Assembly: GCA_047495785.1 (NCBI GenBank)
Contig: JBLDXI010000017.1
Location: 682,001 to 746,000 of the forward strand
From: Lepidodermella squamata
Lineage: Eukaryota; Animalia; Gastrotricha
Direction of reading: 5' to 3'
Length of the DNA stretch: 64,000 nucleotides
Shown: piece after piece, positions 48,471 to 60,296 of the stretch
Layout of the letters: each line of letters begins with the position of its first letter
Position numbering within the stretch: position 1 is the first letter of the stretch
The notes under the pieces: generated by a model
What the model was told of the DNA's origin: nothing
The model's input: the letters and a program-made list of their open reading frames with translations, nothing else
Database searches by the model: none
Position numbers and translations under genes: made by a program

Positions 48471-49720
48471 CCATCGAACTAATAATTTCTTTCCGCGAAC
48501 CATTTTTACTTAAAACGTCGGAAATATATAAAACGGGTGAAAACTAAATTAAACCATCGGAAAGTCATTTTACTGCATTATTACATCGGAACATGATCTT
48601 AATTTATCGGAGCACTAGCTTAACCTGTCGGAATGCGCTCGACCTGGTTTCCTTTGCTTTCAGTCTTCGATATTGGATTTTTTTTTGAAATTACGAGTCT
48701 GATAATAAGACATCAGACTGATGATGAATACATAGAATTAGAAGCTTATGAGGATGACATTAGTCCTCGTAGGTGCTGCGAGTAACTGCGCGCGGTGGAA
48801 TAATTGAGCTGTGGCGCCAAAACGAGCCTGTACAGGGTCGCGCTATTAAATAAGTCCTATTGACGAAGTTGAGTTTGATGATGAGGCTTATATCAAAAAT
48901 CATCCTCGTCTGGTTATACGACCATAGAACTGTCATTTGGCATCGAAGTATATTGCGACTGATGTGATACTTTCATGTGAAAATGAATGGTCACAAGTGG
49001 CTTGGAAGTAAGGATTTAGTTTTTAGGATTTTCCGACGCTCATAAGTCATTTTTAAGAAGTCACTGTGGTAAAGTCAACGACTTGCGCACCGTTGTTTAG
49101 CTCGCTTTATCACCTACCGAGGTATTTCCGACGGTTTCAGTCTATTATTAATTGACCGTTAACAAGTATCCAGCATCGCAAATACGGTGTTGACTTGAAA
49201 AAGGACCATTTTCGAACTCAGTTTTGCCTGAGGATTTTGAATTTTCAAATTTCAGACTTCTAGGAGGCTCCCATCCTTCTTAAGAGACATGTAACCTCAA
49301 AGGGTCCATGAGACGTCTTATCGATCTAAGTTGGCACAGAGATGCACAGAGATAAAAAATTTGGCGGAATCAATTTTGAATTTCTAGCGAGAATCCTAAC
49401 CTCAGCAAATTACCCGACAAATTTTGATTGCTCGAAGCCTTGCCGTGGACGCTATTTTACAAGAAGAGCCAACTGATCGCAGGGCCGAGCTAGCCGTGGT
49501 CATGCTTAATTTTCAATTTGGACGCTAATATGATACATTCCCGCCATCCCGCAACTCGTTTCATTATTCTTGATTTTACGATTTACTTAAACCATCGGAA
49601 TAATATTTAAATATTAACTTAAATACGAATTTCCGATGAATATAGAATAATAATTATATTTCGATGGTTCCGATGGTTTAAGTAAAAATGGTTCGCGGAA
49701 AGAAATTATTAGTTCGATGG
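48471..49720. mobile_element. Non-autonomous DNA transposon (~1.25 kb)
   Basis: ~43-bp perfect TIR CCATCGAACTAATAATTTCTTTCCGCGAACCATTTTTACTTAA; CATCGGAA subterminal repeats. Confidence 0.85.
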
Positions 49721-49806
49721 TTTCATGTTACTTCGAATTTTATGCTTGCAAATTCAATTATTTTTTTTTAATAATTTGTCTGATATTTCGTAATATTCAT
49801 TTTTAT

Positions 49807-52800
49807 TTATGATAAATTATCCAGGAAAAAATCCGCGTCGACACCGGCTAGCTTCAACCGATAGACCATGAATTCGATAAACATCTGAAATTTTCCTCGC
49901 ACGTAGTGAAACCTAAAATAAATAATTTTTAAAAAATTCAAAAAATTCAAAATTAATTTAAATTATAAGTGGCTTATTTAGAAATAGATTATCAAAGGTG
50001 AGAATTGGAGGGAATGATTTTGAGTATTTATTGAAATATTTCGAGAATTTAGAACAATGAATTGTAAATAAATTGACCGAAAATGAGGGAAAAGAGGGGT
50101 TTGGCGAAATTTTTGAGCTCGCTTCAGAAAATCTTGGAATCCAAGAATTGTCCCAATTCGAGTGAACACACTCTTTGCGATTTTTTGGAAATTACAGAAA
50201 ATTCGCCTAATCCCACTTTTCACTTATTTTCGGTCAATTTAAAGTAGAAATTTGCAAAATTTTGAAGCTGAAAATTATTAGGGCAACAGTATTATTTTTG
50301 AAATATACTTTATTCGACATTATATTCACTTCTTTTCCCATCAAATTCCTTCTTTTTACATTAAAACTTTTTTCTGCCATTATCCACTCTTTTTTCACAT
50401 TATAAATACTCTTTTTGCCACTAAATTCAAATTAAATCCGGGGCTCTCGAAAAAAATATTTTTGAAATCGCCATCGTCTTCTGAGTCGGAATATGCACTG
50501 GTCGGCAGTGATCCGACTAGGTCCAGCTCTGAGGGGGGTAAATAGAGCTATTTTGAGCCCAAAATTAGCAAATCAACAGCGGGGACCCTTACGTTTATCA
50601 GAAATTTTCGAACGCCAGGTGGGTTTGTTTACCCCCTTTCCCCCGTACTCGGAGCACTGCTGGTCGGTTATTTATACCCAAGCATTTATTCTCGAGCTCT
50701 TCTACAGTCATTTCTAGCGATGGGTCTGAGCAGGTTAGAGCAGGTCGAGGTACGGCGGTTGTTTACGAAGAGGCATCTCGCTTTCAGCTTGAGAAACCCT
50801 CTGACAGGGGTGTCCTAATGCTTCTAGGAATTTCCGACGCCAAGAAACGTTTTCACACAGTGCTTATGTCAGAGTTTCCAGCCACGAAGATCATCGAGCT
50901 TACAAGCGAATCATGAAGTTGTGCGAGACGCTAAGCCGAATTTCATCGTCGAAGCCGTCATGGGAGATGGTTCGAAGGCCATTCGAAGAACTTAAAGGAG
51001 TGGTGGCGCAGCCAAAACCGTCCCTAGTTGTATGCTCGAGTTAAGAATGACATTGATTACCTGCAATTATCTGGTTCCGATGAAGATTTAAAGCTGGCAT
51101 CAACTGCTAAATGGCTTATGAGGAAAAACCAGGGCATATTCATCAGAAGACGATGGCGATTTCAAAAATATTTTTTTCGGGACCATCTGATTTAATTTGA
51201 ATGAATTACCCCCACTTGCGCAACTGCCACTTGCGCAACCAGCGCAACCCCACTTGCGCAACTTTTCTAGTTATTTTTTTTTAGTTTTAAGCAGTTTTCA
51301 TCAAGACTGAAGTAGATACATTATAAAAGTAATAATATTTTGGAAATGCAACTATTGAGGCGTCATTTGGTGTATGTCATTTGATGATCCATTATTTGGT
51401 CATAAGCCTTTAGATGTTAAATTACAAAAAACAAAATGCCGGCTTTATTTCAAAATGTTCAGCGCATAGCTAGAGCGGATATAGAAGCAAAGAACCAAAT
51501 TGTGTAGAAAAGCTTGTAGAAGAGCCGATCAACGATGTTAACTTTTTGTAATCAGTAATCAATGATGACATACTGTCTAGGCAAGCGAGTAAATCGTTGG
51601 TGGTGTTTTCGCTGTAGCCGAAATGGCGTACAACTTGCTGGATATGTTACTCCACCCGTTCGTATTTCGGCAAAACACGCTCAACTTATAGACCTCGATC
51701 GATTTTACGCTTTTTCGCGGCAGAGGCGATTTCTTTGTTGAAATGTTGGAAGCACTTTTGGCACTTGCGAGTATCATCTGCTGACCACGCGTTATTATAG
51801 CCACTCGTATAACATACACCAAATGACGCCTCAATAGTTGCATTTCCAAAATATTATTACTTTTATAATGTATCTACTTCAGTCTTGATGAAAACTGCTT
51901 AAAACTAAAAAAATAACTAGAAAAGTTGCGCAAGTGGGGTTGCGCTGGTTGCGCAAGTGGTAGTTGCGCAAGTGGGGGATAACCATTTGAATTTAATGGA
52001 AAAAAGAGTATTTATAATGTGATAAAAGAGTGGATAATGGCAGGAAAAGTTTTAAATGTAAAAAGAAGGAATTTAATGTGAAAAGAAGTGAATTTAATGT
52101 AGTTAAAAGTATGGTCCTTATTTTTTGATCAAGACTCACGTTACGGGGACATCTGAACAGCATCCTTCGCCCTCGACAAAGCCATAACGGTCCCATGTTG
52201 ATATGACACGCTTGCTCACAACGCCTGGCATTAGCAAATTGCGGGGTGACTCAAACAAAAAACGCTGACGGCCGATTCGATCTCGCGAATCAGTCATCGT
52301 AATTTGCGCTCCTTCGGCACAATGACCAATTTCAACATCTTAGGAATAACTGTTTTAAAAATAAATAAGAAAAAAATAACTTTTTTTACCTTCATAGAAA
52401 GCATCTAGCGGGGCGGCACATTTATTAGGGTAAGGAAAGGACGTCGTGATCATTATGTCCAGCGCCGCTCGTGAGAAAATATAGCCCTGGAAAAAATAAT
52501 CGTAAATAATTTTCAGCAAATATTAATTTGAAAAACCAACTGATCCACCCATCGGGAACAGTTGAGGATTGTCCCAAGTTTCGTTGTAAAATTCGCGGCC
52601 GAAAAACCACGGTAAATTCGGGTCGTGATGGCCGAGCATGAACTGCATATTTTCCATCATGGCATACGTATCATCGTCGCCTTTGAAGAACCAATCGTAA
52701 TCATGCAGGTACTCTCGATGGGCCCATTCTAACATCCCCCGAACCTATAGGGAAAATTATTAGATTTCTTTCCAAAAATTTGAATGATTTACCTTTGCCC

Positions 52801-53230
52801 ATATGTAGTCATAACCGTCGTAATCTGGGCCGTAGGAAAAATTTCTCGCCATCATTTTCGGCTCGTTGACATCGGAAACGAATATCAGTTTCGTACACCG
52901 CCGGCCCCACGTTGTTGCTGCTATCCTTGCTCGTTTAACGTGGTAATCTTTCGTTGTCAAAATTAGGCACAAAATTCGCACAGATTTACTGAGCAATCTG
53001 CCAACATTTCTGCTTCGCAGGTTAGCTCGATGCGGTCCCGTTAATTTCACTTGATTCTCAATCAACAAATTAATGGGTGCGTTTGTTGATAAATCATCGG
53101 GTGACCAATTCTTGTGACTAACGGTCAAAAAATCGGCGATAAAACAGCCAGCGCACAGCAGGGCAGCGGCTTGAAAAAATCGCCAGAAAGTAACGGCGAA
53201 AATTCGCGGCATTTTTGTAACGAAATACAT
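49807..53230 (-). CDS. C1GALT1: C1GALT1-like 8 (5 exons; ~2.2-kb last intron)
   Basis: SVRILCLILT, TWGRRC, DWFFKGDDDTY, EDVEIGHC, GRQRF, GCCSDVPVT|FHYVRG. Confidence 0.88.
50425..51202. mobile_element. Non-autonomous TIR element in the last intron of gene 8
   Basis: AAAAAAATATTTTTGAAATCGCCATCGTCTTCTGA is inverted at ~51142-51177. Confidence 0.75.
51209..51978. mobile_element. Foldback element with ~170-bp TIRs and CCACTTGCGCAAC subrepeats
   Basis: 51209-51377 is the reverse complement of ~51812-51978. Confidence 0.85.
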
Positions 53231-53934
53231 GATTACACCCGGCTTGCTCTTTTTTGACTTTTTTCACCGGCAACTTTTAGTGTCACATCAGCTGTCCGGC
53301 TATTTTTCAGTCGGCAACTCCTCACGTGGACTTTCACTTGGTGCGAGGGTGTTTAAATAATAAAATGGAACTACTCGGTCACGAAACTCTCGCTCGGTAT
53401 TTACCCACATTTTTGCGAATCAAGTGCAGTTTGATAATAAGTCGGATTAAAAATCGTCAGATTTTTTACGTCATCACTGGCGCATCCAGGTTGTTGTAAT
53501 AATTCCCGCGGCCCTGGCTGATTTCACAGGATACATTGCGTTATTAATTTAATCAAATGGGATAAAACAGAATAACGGCACTTGATTAGGAGCCAACGTA
53601 ATTTTTCAACTCAGGAAGACCTACACATAATTCAAGTTGCCGCAAAAATGATGAGAATGACTCATTTTTTTTTCGTACCGAGATATTGTGTCATTATTTT
53701 CGAGTGAAATTTTTCTCGCAGTTTTACGAATTGTTCCAGAATATATTTTTATATACCGTAAAATCGCCCCAGGTGTATTATTGCTGCTATTGCCTACGAA
53801 AAGCGATTTTGACCTCGAGTTGGGTGGCTTTAATTACCCTTTTATAAAAATGGCCGCATTTGTTCACTTTTATTACTGACCTGGATTTTTATTTATTAGA
53901 TCGCTTAACCTTCAATAAAGCCTGACGCTAAGCA

Positions 53935-54488
53935 ATGAACGGGGCTGATATTGTGAGTTCAAGGCAATAAATCGTTACAAAAATAACAAGCTTTTCCTTT
54001 AGATTGTGTTCGATATTCAGCAGGCCGAGACAACGCTTGCCTATTATTTTCAAAACATTTCAGCATGGACAACAAATTTTCAACAGGCAGCTGCTAATTT
54101 CTCCGACAACTGGGAAATGCTGTTCGATCAGCTTGACTTTAATGAGGACGGCACCTTGGAAATTGTAAGAAAATGACAGGGATAGAATTATGAAAAATTC
54201 CTCCTTAATATTTTTGAATTGCGTTTTTTCCACCAGGCTGAGCTGAAAACGGTTTCGAAGGCTAACAAGCGGCTGATGGCGACTCATCCGGATGCGGTTG
54301 CCATGGCAACGCTACTTGGCGAGATGCTACCCCGCCTGATTGCGATGTCAAGACGCGACCCTGTCAGCAAGGATCAATTTCGCGAAGTTCTGGAACATGT
54401 CCTAATCGAACACGGCAGTGCTCTAGGCCTTGTCCACGAAACAATTCACGTTTCTGAGAGCAAGAATCGAGCCATCAAAAATATTTAA
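53935..54488 (+). CDS. Single-EF-hand family protein 1 (exons 53935-53952, 54003-54164, 54237-54488)
   Basis: Spliced product includes WEMLFDQLDFNEDGTLEIAEL (EF loop) and VSKDQFREVLEHVLIEHG. Confidence 0.75.
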
Positions 54489-54940
54489 AAAAATACCATT
54501 ATTTCCTGTCATCTCGTGCCATATTTTATTCGATACATTCTACAAATCTAATATTTTTCAGAGCGTATTTTGAAAATCCCTGTTATTAGTGTTTGATGTC
54601 ATCGATTTGTTCCATTGATCTGAAGTTATTTTTTAAGCATTACATATTATATCTAAGAATAAAAGCATCTAATTCTAGATCGCAAAACGATCGGCTATTC
54701 TTATTACGTTTTAGTTCACCTCTCAGTGCTATCAATTAAAGACGCCATGCATAGGATTATTGCTTCGAGAGGATTACAGTTTAATTTACCTCAATTGGCA
54801 TTAAACCCGCCCTGGGGTGAAATGGCGTTGTACTTCAGAATCCCCTTGCACATAATAATATGTATAGCCGTAATAAAATCAATTTTTTTAAATAAAACTG
54901 CTAAAACTCGAGGTTTTAGTTTTTTTATAATTTTAGAAAA

Positions 54941-55813
54941 ATGTCAAAACATTTTGTAAGTTTGCCAATTTATTTATATAAGGATTCCGCTGATTATTGA
55001 TTTTATCGCAGGCAACTATCGACTTAGAATTTGCCGAAACTATAATTAAGTCTTTCTGTGAACGAATCGGGGCCTTGTCGCCGCAAGAATATTCCCTTGA
55101 TAATGTCATCGAAAATTTTGTGAACAAATGGGAGCTGCTTTTCGAAGAGTACAGATATTTTCCGAATTTTCTTAATTTTTTCCAATTTTTTCCCTTTGAT
55201 AGAATGGACACGAGCAGCGACGGTGAAATCGGGCGTGACGAGTTGAATACCTGCTCATTAGCGTGTCATCAAGTGACGGATAAGGAGCCTCGAGCCGCTG
55301 CGATTCTAAAAATTTTCAACGAAATTTTACTTCGCTTATTGGCGTCGAAAGGCCCAATTGATAAATCTCAATTTTACTCCGCTATGCAACACGTCATTGA
55401 CGAGCATAAGCGGTTAGAGGCGGAGCCTGTTAAAAACAGCCAAAAGGGCAGTACGAGTGAAGACCCAGGCGCCATGTTGGCGACGAATGAGGAGGAGTTC
55501 GATGAATGCTCGGACGATCATGGAGGCGAAGATGAGGAGGAAGAGGAGGAAAGTAGCTCAAGCGAATCATCATCCTCAAGTTCAGAAGACGAGGAAGAAG
55601 CGGCGAAAGAGGCTGAGAGAAAGCGACGAACGTGCGAACACAGCAATGATGGCGTCTGTTTCAGGTGTTTCATAGCTCGGAAACAGGTAATTTTAATTAT
55701 TTCTTTTTATTATCGATTTTTTAATTATAACCTTAAAAAGTAAATATTATAAGGATTTAACGCGGTACGTGTTTGAGCTCAGGTATGAGTCATGCTGGAA
55801 AATTCCAAGTTAA
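54941..55813 (+). CDS. Single-EF-hand family protein 2 with acidic/Ser tract and CxH..CxxC tail
   Basis: KWELLFEE|MDTSSDGEIGRDEL after removing a 54-bp in-frame intron (~55149-55202); IDKSQFYSAMQHVIDEH. Confidence 0.72.
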
Positions 55814-56080
55814 AGTCATCTGATTCGGTGATAATGCGAAATGTGATACGCGACATCCGTGTGCGCAATATATATTTTTGCGCGCATAATATTTTTCGCG
55901 CGCGCGCGTAGAATTTTCGAGAAAATCATCGTTAGCCTGATCCTAATCACGCTCCACAGATAATTAGCGGCAAATCCAAGCGGAGTGCGCGCTACCCCTA
56001 ATAGTCGAAACTTTTACTCAATTCCGTTTTTCCCACGGTCAATTTTCTCCTCATCTTATCAAATATATTTTCAACAAAAA

Positions 56081-56581
56081 ATGCGTGACACTTTCAAAGC
56101 TCGCCAAATTTCCGAAGTCAGTAATATTTTTTTGTTAATTAAATTTATTTTTCACCGATTAATTTATTTTCAGAATGAGTTCGACGTTGACCAGGCTCAG
56201 TTGATTCTCGAGGCTTTTTACCAAAAAATCGGCGCTTGGAGCTCCGAGGCGAAAATTACGCAACTTGTTCATCAACTCGTCCTGAAATGGGAAATGCTAT
56301 TCGACGAGCTCGACTTAAACCTCGACGGCTATCTTGAATCGCGCGAGCTCAATCTAACGAATCAAGCCTGCGATTCGCTGGTCGACCTGCAACCGCTGCT
56401 CGGCCCGATAACTGCCGTTATGAAAGAGGTCATTTTGAGCTTGATTGCCATCGCCAGCGCGGCGCCTGTTAACAAGGACGCGTTCCGAGATGCTATTCAA
56501 TGCGTTATCGACGAACACGGCGAAAGGTTCGGCATTGAAAAACTGCGCCACATGCCGCCAATCGCTGTCAAAGATCAATAA
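56081..56581 (+). CDS. Single-EF-hand family protein 3 (2 exons)
   Basis: FDVDQAQ..LE.FYQ, KWEMLFDELDLNLDGYLESREL, VNKDAFRDAIQCVIDEHG. Confidence 0.78.
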   Translation: MRDTFKARQISEVSNIFLLIKFIFHRLIYFQNEFDVDQAQLILEAFYQKIGAWSSEAKITQLVHQLVLKWEMLFDELDLNLDGYLESRELNLTNQACDSLVDLQPLLGPITAVMKEVILSLIAIASAAPVNKDAFRDAIQCVIDEHGERFGIEKLRHMPPIAVKDQ

Positions 56582-56959
56582 AAAAATAGAAAAAAATCAC
56601 AATGACCTCGATAATATTGATGTTGATTTTAATTTTTCAACGCACTTATTTGTCATAATAATATTATATTATTCACGTGAATAAATTATGAAAAAAAAAT
56701 TAAAGATAAATTATACCCTTGAAGGTGCGCACGTGTCATCGACATGGAAAAAGCGAGAAAAAAAACAACGCAGCCCGGAATTATCGATCGACAAAAACAC
56801 GTATAGATACACACATTAGAAAGGTAGTAAAAAAAACACACACACATAGAGCGCGCTCACCTCAAAGACAGCTGCAGCACATCGTCTATTCATTTGTTAT
56901 AATAGAATGAGATGAGGTTTCATTCAACCTTGCAATAACATTTTTTCATATATGGGAAA

Positions 56960-57434
56960 ATGGTGGAGAATTTTCAGAAAATTGAGGCGGATTTAGAGAC
57001 ATTTTTCGCCGAAATCAACGCGCTTTCCGATAATTACCAGCGTTTAATCGCGACCTTCCTAGCCAACGATACGCCTGATAGATTTTTCAACTTTATCAAC
57101 AGCCTGGACGAAAACAATTATCTAACTTCAGTAAAATTGCTCAAATTTTCTCGTAAAATCATTACTTAATTTTTTCCAGAGTAAAATCGAGGCAGTTTGC
57201 TTGGCTATGCGGCTTTTGATGAAGCGGAACAGTTCCGCGCTGGCGATTTGCTCAATTTTGACGCCGGTAATGTTTGAACTGCAGGAATTGGCGCGGTTTT
57301 CGAACGACCGTGTCACCCGGTTACAGTACAAGTCGATTCTCGAGGCGACTCTGTCTCGGCAATGCGCCTCGATGGGCCTCAAAATACCACCCGGTTGCAA
57401 TATTTCTGACTTGCCTATCAGCTCATTCAACTGA
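56960..57434 (+). CDS. Divergent family member 4 with degenerate EF loop (intron ~57131-57179)
   Basis: Same helical layout (LETFFAEINAL; VTRLQYKSILEATLSRQ); start position uncertain. Confidence 0.6.
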
Positions 57435-57705
57435 AAAAATGATTCCATTGAAAAAATTCAAATAAAAATAAAAAGGCATAATCAGTGACCTATTTACAAA
57501 AAAATTGGAGCCGCGCGACCTAATTCAGGTTGGCCGCATCGATTAAAATGCACCGAATGACACACTTTTTGTATCGAATTTATTGCTATTCATTTACAAT
57601 TCAGGAATCGATGTTTCTACACAGTATTTGAGAACCTTCTCGCGGCGTTTTTACAGCATTTTTATTACATCAAATATACCTCAACTTCAAATTTAAGCTT
57701 GCGAA

Positions 57706-58173
57706 ATGGATTTTGCTTGGGACGTTGGTCAAGCTCAGTATTTGTTGGAGAATTTCTACCAAACAGCTGATTTATTTACCGACAATCCTCAACAAGCAGC
57801 TGCATTTTTCATGGCTAACTGCGATCAGCTGTAAAAAGAATTCTCATTTTTTTATTATTTTTTTCAAAAAAATTTAATTTTCAGTTTTGCGCTTATTGAT
57901 CAGTCAAGGCGAGCGAATGGTTTTCTCGAGTATGACGAATTGATGGTGTTACATTTGGCTAATGAAAACATAATGGCGACTAACCCTATGGCGGCTACCA
58001 TGTGCATGATGATGCGGCCAATGATAGCCGAGTTGCAAGTTGTCTCGCAAATCGCCCCGGTCAACCTGTTTCAATTTCGCGAATGTCTCGCCCGCGTTAT
58101 GAGCCAATACGCCATGTCTTGGGGCATCGTCGTACCTCCACAAGGCGTTTGGGAAATCTCATTCGGATATTGA
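57706..58173 (+). CDS. Family member 5 (2 exons), EF loop with an insertion
   Basis: WDVGQAQYLLENFYQ...QQAAAFF...LFALIDQSRRANGFLEYDEL...VNLFQFRECLARV. Confidence 0.72.
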
Positions 58174-59684
58174 AAAAAAACAAGCAGAGCCTTGGTTCAA
58201 TTTGTCGCAAAACTAACGCGACCTTGACCTTAAAATAAATATTTTCGATTTTCAAATTGCTGCAATATTATTGACTTGGAAGTAGAATAAAAAATGTCAC
58301 TTTTTCGTGAATTAATGAATTTGTTTAATTTTTGAACATCGCTTTTAGGCTCGTAAACTTGATACTTTAGCGGATGTCGGTTTTGCGGTGATTTGTCCCC
58401 CGTCGCGACAGCAAACAGCCCTCAATTTCGACAACTTTTGTTTATTTTACTAATTCATTTCCGGAATTCTTTTTCGGAGACAGCGTTTCGACCTCACTTC
58501 TGAAATTTCAGAATTCTCGGAAGAAGAGTCATTAAACTTGACCGCAAAGTAAATTCACGTAAATTATGAGGGAATAAGTTGCTTGTAACCGATCACGATA
58601 TCAATAAATCGATGAGTGAGCCAGATTTAACGAAATTTTCGAAATTCGATAACCCTATTTGTCCATCATTTTCTAGCTCAAATTAAGGTTTTTTCAAATT
58701 AGCTTCATGTGCTTCCATCTTTGATGAAGCACGCGGAAATTGAGGAAGTTCAAGAAGTCGTTGATTGGTGATATCATTTTTAACGATGCGAATTATAATA
58801 ATAGGAAGTGCGACTTGTGCGTGAAAATAGTGAAAAACTTGTCCGTGAGTTTGCCCGCGCTTAAAATCTGTAAAAATTATACTGAAATAAGAAAATAATT
58901 TTACAGAATGAGGGTCTTTTGATTTTAGAGAAATCAAATCGCGAATATAAATAATCAATTCGGCTATGGAAAACGATTATCGGAATTTTTCCTGATCATG
59001 AAAGACTCAGAATTTAAACAAAAATCGATCGAATGATGCCTGCAAAATTCTGTGGGATTTTCAACGCAGAGTTTCACCTACTTTTTAAATTACGTGTCGC
59101 AAAACTTGGTTCTTATCAGAAAGATCTTGCGAACTCAGAGCTTTCTGTGACATTATACATTGCTATGGGACAGATTATACCTTTTATCGGAACCAAATTT
59201 CAAATAAGCAAAATGTCGCTTTCCGAATATTTCTACGAAATTGAGGCAATTTCTGAATTCCATACTTCTTATACAAAATTTTACGATGAATTATTTTAAA
59301 TTATGCCGTTCAATCACGACATCTCTGACAGTTTCGAAAAGTGGTTTCAGGCCCTTTGAAAAATCAGAAATTTAGTTCCGCTAAAGTAAGACCCTCAATA
59401 ATTGAATATTATCAAGGTATATGGGCGTCAAATAATTATTGCCTCAAGGTAACTCTGAAGTTTAATTATAGTTTTTTATTTCATTAATAGCTCACAGCAA
59501 TGATAATAGTATTTTCTTTTATGATTGAGGCGAATATCATGTCGTAACGACGGCAGAAAACAGAGCCAACTTAGAGTCTTATGAGTTTCAAAGAAAATCA
59601 CAGCACGGAGTCATTTCGGCCAAGTAATGCTAACAGTAATAGGAATTAGATATCATTTACTTATTGCAAAGTGTTAGCAGTATA

Positions 59685-59829
59685 CAGGGTGGCCAAAAAA
59701 GCCTCAGAATAGTGGAATTCGATGCGCATCAATTTCAAGCAAATGAAACTCCTCTATTTCTAGAAATTCCTCATTAGAGAATGATGCACATCAAATTCCA
59801 CTATTTTGAGGCTCCCTGCGGCCACCATG
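59685..59829. mobile_element. Tc1/mariner-type MITE related to 28518-28691
   Basis: TA|CAGGGTGGCCAAAAA left end and shared GAATTCG.TGCGCATCAATTT; degenerate right end. Confidence 0.7.
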
Positions 59830-59841
59830 ATTTTCAGAGCA

Positions 59842-60132
59842 TCACGTTAAGTTCATGTTATCCATAAAAGCGCGATATGCACGTTCCGCTGCCTGGCGCG
59901 ATAAACCGCCTCTCATTAATTCATTAATCTGCAAGCAAATAAAATTAATTAAATTTAAGCAAAAACATGTTAAGAACAATTCTCATACCATTGCATCGGC
60001 ACTCGCCAATGCTGCGTTGCCTGCACGAAATTGGCTAATCCATTGTAACAGCCATTGAGCTATAGAAACGCCTTGGATTGCAAAACCGGCAACCGATAAA
60101 ATTTGTTGAGCAACAGCAAGATATTGCCCCAT
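59842..60132 (-). CDS. Small 76-aa amphipathic protein (exons 60132-59989, 59928-59842)
   Basis: A phase-0 GT-AG intron gives MGQYLAVAQQILSVAGFAIQGVSIAQWLLQWISQFRAGNAALASADAMINELMRGGLSRQAAERAYRAFMDNMNLT*. Confidence 0.65.
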
Positions 60133-60296
60133 TTCTGAAAATTTTGCTTCACCTCTAAAAATATAATTGAAACACATGGAATTTAATCGAAATTGAAATT
60201 AACGATAAGATCAAGCCAATGAATTTAGAATAGTCAGTATATTATCATTCTCATCAAAAGCGAAATCAACATAATATCATGTCCCAATGTTCGAAA

